A DNA stretch of 64,000 nt, from assembly GCA_951406725.2 (NCBI GenBank), contig OX597826.1, positions 3,782,001-3,846,000 on the forward strand. Direction: 5' to 3'. Positions within the stretch are counted from its first letter, which is position 1, and the number at the start of each line of letters is the position of its first letter. The notes below the pieces were generated by a model, which was not told where the DNA came from, ran no database searches, and was given only the letters and a program-made list of their open reading frames with translations. Shown here in pieces: positions 58,026 through 64,000 of this stretch. Source of the stretch: Octopus vulgaris. Lineage: Eukaryota. The translations under genes were made by a program, and so were the position numbers.

Positions 58026-58571
58026 TTAACAGTTAAACATGAATTGTTATTTTGAATACGTAAAAATAAAAAAAAAATAACAACTTTACCCGGAATAACG
58101 AAGACACTGTTTAATATAATACTCTCATTGACTACTCGCTATATATGATTTATATTTGGTATTAAATTGTTTCCTTATAAAGAGAAAATAGTAATTACCA
58201 TTCTTTCATGTTCTTTGTTAGTTTATGTGAGCTGCTTTCTGAACTGGACTTAATTCGATCCACAGTCATTCACGCACAGATCTTCTAAGGCCGCTGCGTA
58301 GCACAAGTAAACATGTGTCTGTTTACTTAAGAAACCTGCGTATTTAATCATCACGCGAACGTACTATTTAACAACGTTGCCTTTATGAGGGCGCTTGACG
58401 TGCTATTATTAGCCACTGAATCTCTCGCGTGTCGTAAAATAGCACCCAAGACAAAAGCGTTTTGGAACAACCTACAATAACTTAATCCTAGAAATATTAT
58501 GCCCAAAACATAGTATGAAACAACTCTCTCTTTCTATGTATGTATGTATGTTATGTAGGCATATACATACG

Positions 58572-58633
<62 letters not shown>

Positions 58634-58786
58634 AATTTATATAAATAAGGATAAGATCGTTAATTGAAATATCGATCTTATCAAGTGGCCAGCATGGAAA
58701 TAAAAACCTTCAAAGGTAATAATGATTGTTATTAAAAATATAATTTAGGGTATATCTTAGATACCCTAAATTATAATTTTAATATA

Positions 58787-58845
<59 letters not shown>

Positions 58846-58866
58846 CTGTGTGTGTGTGTGTGTACG

Positions 58867-59059
58867 CTTTTACTTATTTCAGTCATTTGACTGTGGCCAT
58901 GCTGGAGCAACTCCTTTAGTCGAGCAAATCGACTCCAGGACTTGATCTTTGTAAGTCTAGTACTTATTCTATCGGTCTCTTTTGCGTAAACACTCCAGCA
59001 TCGGTTGTCAAGCGTTGTTGGGGGTGGGGGGCATACACAGACACACAAAAGTATACACA

Positions 59060-59107
<48 letters not shown>

Positions 59108-59247
59108 CATACATACGACGGGCTTCTTTCAGTTTCCGTCTACCAAATCCAGTCACAAGGATTTGGTCTGCTTGAAGCTATAGTGGGACTGAACCCGGAA
59201 CCATGTGGTTCGTAAGCAACTACTTACTACACAGCCACTCCTACGCC
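58867..59247 (-). mobile_element. SINE family C
   Basis: Reverse complement of family C with internal deletions. Confidence 0.85.
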
Positions 59248-59263
59248 TATGTATATATATTCC

Positions 59264-59408
59264 TCCGATGTCGACTTTGCCTTTCGTCCTTTGGGAGTCG
59301 ATAAATTAAGTACCAGTTACGGACTGTAGTCGATGTAATCGACTTAATCCCTTTGTCTGTCCTCGTTCATCCCCTCTACGTTTAACTCCTTGTGGGTAAT
59401 AAAGAAAT
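59264..59408 (+). mobile_element. 5'-truncated SINE family A
   Basis: GTCGACTTTGCCTTTC..GTCGATAAATTAAGTACCAG..GGGTAATAAAGAAATA. Confidence 0.85.
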
Positions 59409-59409
59409 A

Positions 59410-59483
<74 letters not shown>

Positions 59484-59504
59484 ATCTATCTATCTATCTA
59501 TCTA

Positions 59505-59561
<57 letters not shown>

Positions 59562-59577
59562 TCTCTTCTCTTCATCT

Positions 59578-59631
<54 letters not shown>

Positions 59632-59767
59632 AGATTGCTCTAAACACGCATATATGAAATATGCATATACATGCACACAAACATACATGCATGCGTATAT
59701 ACATATGATCACATATTCATGTATGTGTGTTTGTATATATGTAAAAAAAAAAAATCAATATATGCAT

Positions 59768-59940
59768 TCTTTTACTTAGTTCAGTAATTTGACTGCGGAA
59801 ATGTTGGAGCACCGCCTCTGAAATCTACTCCAGGACTCATTCTATTCATTTATTTTCCCGAACCGCTATGTTACGGGGACTTAAACACACCAACATCGGC
59901 TGTCAAGTCATGGTGGGGAGACAAACAGACACACAAACAT

Positions 59941-59987
<47 letters not shown>

Positions 59988-60155
59988 CATATACACGACG
60001 AGCTTTCAGTTTCTGTCTACCAAATCCACTCCCAAGGCTTTAGTTGCCCCGAGGCTATGGTAGAAGACACCTGCCCTAGGTGCCACACACTGGGACTGAA
60101 CCCGGAAACATGACGTTGGGAAGCAAGCTACTTACCACACACCCGCTCCTACGCC
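59768..60155 (-). mobile_element. SINE family C
   Basis: Reverse complement of family C. Confidence 0.85.
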
Positions 60156-60913
60156 TACATATATATACATATACATAAATACACACATATACCATTTCCT
60201 TAGAAAATGTTTCAAAAAAACCACCCTGGGTCCTATATGCAAAGCTAGTCCTTATGTAAGTTAATTAGGTACCTGGCTCATTGTCTCCCACTGTAAGCGC
60301 TGCTGAAATCCCTAACCGTCTATATGCCTGTGCCTCTTTAATGCCGTCAAATCCGTTAACTTTCGCCCTCTAACTCACTGATTTACCACCGGTTTTCATA
60401 ATCACGGACCCACTCCACTCACTTGAAAACCATCTGGCAAGATTTGTTTAAGAAAGTTCTTTGAACCATGGCTCTGTTTCTTCTCTCTCTCTCTCTCTCT
60501 TTTTTTTCTGAAACTATAACAATTCGCCGTTTATTCATTTTTTTCTTTAATATATTTAACTTCGACTTAAGTCATTTTCCTTTTAATTTTTTTCCTTCCT
60601 TCTTTCACTTTGGTTGTTTTCTTTAAGTATTTTGCCATTGGTATTTTCATTTATTTCCTTCCTTGCATCCTCCTCCTCTTTAATAGTTTCTGACATGTTG
60701 GTATTATTTTTCTAAGATTTTCTTCATCACACGTTTCCATATTTGCATGTTACCTCTTTGGGCTGTTTTCCTTCTTCTCTTCTTTTATGTGTCCAATCTT
60801 CTTTTCATCCTTATTTTCCTTTGCCTCTTCTACTTATACGGCTGCTGTTACTACTACAATCACGACCCCCACCACCATTATCATTACCACTACTGCTGCT
60901 GATGATGATAATG

Positions 60914-60944
<31 letters not shown>

Positions 60945-61103
60945 ACCAGCATTACCACTACTGCTGGTGATCATGATGAAGCTACTACTACTACTACTAC
61001 CACCACCATATCACCACTAGCACTACTACTGCTGCTGCTGGTGATGATGATGATACTACTACTACCACCACTACCACTGCTGCTGCTGCTGCTGCTGCTG
61101 CTG

Positions 61104-61154
<51 letters not shown>

Positions 61155-62500
61155 TAACTACTACTCGTCCTTTTTCAATCTGCAATTCTACTTTACCATT
61201 TTTTACCCTTCTCTCGTCGTTTCGCTTTGTCTTTTTTTATATTATTTTTCCTATTTTTATTATTTTCTTTTACTCCGTTCTTCATGTTTCCCTCTTCATT
61301 AAATTGTTTTCCTTTTTGTGTTCTCCGTTTCTTTTCTTTTTTTTTTTTTGTCTTTTTGCAGCCAACTACAAAACCACTATGAAAATCGACGCCATCATCA
61401 CCAGAAACACCATCATCATCATCATCGTTACCATCATCATCATAATCTGCCCGCTGTGATAATTTAACCCACACCATCACCAACAATAACACCAATGACG
61501 AAATGGCCACCACCAGCGGTCGGAATGGAGAATTTATGTAAGACAGACGGTGGTAACATATAAATTGCCACCGCCACAGCATAATTAGAGCTGCTACTAA
61601 AATTATCGGAACAAAAAACAGCGCCACCGCGAAAGGCATCACAACCGTCAATATCATTATCATCATCATCATGATCATCATTATAATATAATACCGTTTA
61701 CACAGTAACTACCTTCACTGTCACCACCTTTGCAACCACCACCGGCAAAGTTAGCATTATTACCACCAAACACCATCCTCCTCCAACTGTTTCTCCTCAT
61801 CCTCATCATTATCATCATCCCTAACTTTTGTATCAAGTTACTTGCCTATCTATCTATCTATCTATCTTGCTTATTTGCAACAAAAAAAAAGAAATATAAA
61901 TTTGACTTCATTGACCGAGGTTACCGTGGTCTTTTCCGTAGGCTTTTCTTTCCACGGGTAAACCTCACCTGTCCTCCCCTTTACACTTCATATTGACATT
62001 TCTGTGATAACGATCCCTATTGATCAATTTTTTTTCCTTTCCCTTTTTTTTTACTCCCCCCCCCCACTTTTTTTTAAAATGTTATTCCCCCCTTTTTTGT
62101 CCTCTTTCTTTCCCTTTACGATCCCTTTTGATCGAAAACCAAACCTCCTTTTTACCCCCAAAAGAAAAGCTCTACCTTGTAATTTGTCCTGTCTGTGTGC
62201 AGCCCTGTGTAGCTAATAAAGAAACATATCTATCTGTCTATCTATCTATCTGTTTATTTATCTATCTATCTATCTATCTGTCTATCAATCTGTCTATCAA
62301 TCTATCTATCTATCTACCTATCTATCTGTCTGTCTGTCTGTCTGTCTGTCTATTTATCTATCTGTCTAGCTGTTGTCTTTCTATTTGTCTGTGTATCTGT
62401 CTGTCTGTGCCTGTCCATGTGCCTATCTGACTGCCTCTCTCCCTATACATCTGTCTATCTTTCTATCTAACATGTACCAACCTACCTACCTACTTATCTG

Positions 62501-62534
<34 letters not shown>

Positions 62535-62888
62535 TATACACATATCTTGCAATCTATTTATCTATGTTCAAAATATAAACACCCCGTATTCCTTACTTAA
62601 CATCGTCTACCGCTTGGGGTAAAAAATATGAAAACTTGGTTTTCAAAATATTCTCTGATGTTTGGTTAGTTTTGATGTTATTTCCCTTCATGACTTTGTA
62701 GATGTACTCGTTGCAACGCTTGTGGCTTTACAGCAGTTTAATATTTATGTATGAGAGAAACATGGTTTTCGTAGTGGAGTATTAACATGATATTACAAAA
62801 TATTGTGCTAAAAGCTGTGTATAAGACAGCAGTATGCATATATGTATATATATATATATATTTCAATGTGTATCTTTGTATATTGGTA

Positions 62889-62925
<37 letters not shown>

Positions 62926-62946
62926 GAGAGAGAGAGAGAGAGAGAG

Positions 62947-63148
62947 AGTTAATGCAAACAAGAAAACACAAAAAAACACAGCAACGCGAGGACGTGGAAC
63001 AAAAAAGTATTATGGACGCTCAGGAAAGAAGGGAAGAAGGAGGATTTAACGTTTCGAGCGGAGCTCTTCGTCGGAAACAAAGGAGAAGGAAAGATCCCGA
63101 GAGGGGAAGACAGGAAAAAAAATTGCTGGCGATGCTCACGAGGTCACT
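62947..63148 (-). mobile_element. Family D-related element with hammerhead-like core (U4C variant)
   Basis: Minus strand TTT-CCGACGA-A-GAGC-TCC-GCTC-GAAA-CG-TT-AAA at 63045-63077. Confidence 0.65.
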
Positions 63149-63177
63149 CATATATGTGTGTGTGTGTGTGTGTGTGT

Positions 63178-63497
63178 GGAGGCGCAATGACCTAGTGGTT
63201 AGGGCAGCGGACTCGCGGTCGAAGGGTTGCCGTTTCGATTCCCTGACCGGGCGTTGTGAGTGTTTATTGAGCGAGAAAACACCTAAAGCTTCACAAGGCT
63301 CCTGCAGGGGGTGGGGGTAGCAATCCCTGCTGTACTCTTTCACCACGACTTTCTCTCACTCTTTCTTCTGTTGGTCGGCTCGCTTAGCGAGTGGGGTGGC
63401 GTCATTTAAAGGCTAAAAGAAACAATGTGAAGCGCATTGTGACCAGCGATGTTTAGCAACATCTGATACCCTTGTCAGTCACGGTGATCACGGTGAT
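63178..63497 (+). mobile_element. SINE family B with a third tail type ending in (CACGGTGAT)2
   Basis: TAGTGGTTAGG A box and GTTTCGATTCC B box; body shared with 2978-3160. Confidence 0.9.
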
Positions 63498-63536
63498 ATG
63501 TATGTATATATATATATATATATATACTGTTATCTA

Positions 63537-63574
<38 letters not shown>

Positions 63575-63575
<1 letters not shown>

Positions 63576-63950
63576 CTATATAAACGGCAGTTTGTCTGTG
63601 CGTTTTCTGTGTGTCTGTTTTCTCGTACCCTCACTCTGACCACGGCTTTCAACCGATTCTGATGAAACTTGACACACACATAGCCCAATGTCATAATTCA
63701 AAACTAACGCAGCGAAAATTTTGTAAAGTTCCCCCAGTTCTGAAAAAAATCGATAAATTCGACATGGGGTCGAGAATCAGAAACCCAAACCACAGACCGT
63801 CTAGGGGACGCAACTCCACCTTTTTTAACTCTCAAAAAAAATTTACCATAATTTATTTTCCATTTTTTTGCTATTTTTTGCTATAACTCTCTAAAAATGC
63901 TTTATAGTTATTTCCCTTACAAACCTGAGCAACGCCGGGCGATACTGCTA

Positions 63951-63951
<1 letters not shown>
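63575..63951 (+). mobile_element. Non-autonomous Helitron (377 bp)
   Basis: 5' TC after A, 3' GC-rich hairpin CCTGAGCAACGCCGGG (63924-63939), CTAG terminus followed by T, no TSD, inserted in (TA)n. Confidence 0.85.
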
Positions 63952-63989
<38 letters not shown>

Positions 63990-64000
63990 TACACATACAC

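Overview
AT-rich, microsatellite-saturated eukaryotic DNA with no recognisable host exon, rRNA, tRNA gene or CRISPR array. The mix of tRNA-headed SINEs, (TA)n/(CA)n/(TAGA)n/(TACA)n/(TAA)n tracts and decayed LINEs resembles an octopus (coleoid cephalopod) intron or intergenic region; this is an inference, not a database result. Almost all ORFs in the supplied track are microsatellite translations. The only protein-like signals are transposon fossils: a Tx1/L1 3' end, a CR1 3' end, four R4/Dong-type restriction-endonuclease LINE ends sitting in TAA or TACA tracts, Penelope-like RT and GIY-YIG fragments, a Chapaev3-like transposase with an apparent spliced 5' leader, and an internally deleted Tc1/mariner transposase. 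Non-autonomous Helitrons are also present. The most interesting layer is invisible to the ORF track: about ten intact-to-degenerate type I hammerhead-ribozyme-like motifs (CUGANGA, helix II, GAAA, often palindromic helix III, UH). Most lie in short elements embedded in TA microsatellites, several with fold-back ends. The best-structured one (55387-55517) is closed by a long hairpin inside a ~310-bp retrozyme-sized unit, and two others follow the 3' ends of non-Penelope LINEs. Also seen: SINE head/tail module shuffling, a SINE-in-SINE insertion with a 16-bp target-site duplication (TSD), a 124-bp-arm palindrome, and a complex near-identical duplication at 50.2-52.9 kb that may be an assembly artefact. 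All structures were read by eye and none was computed.
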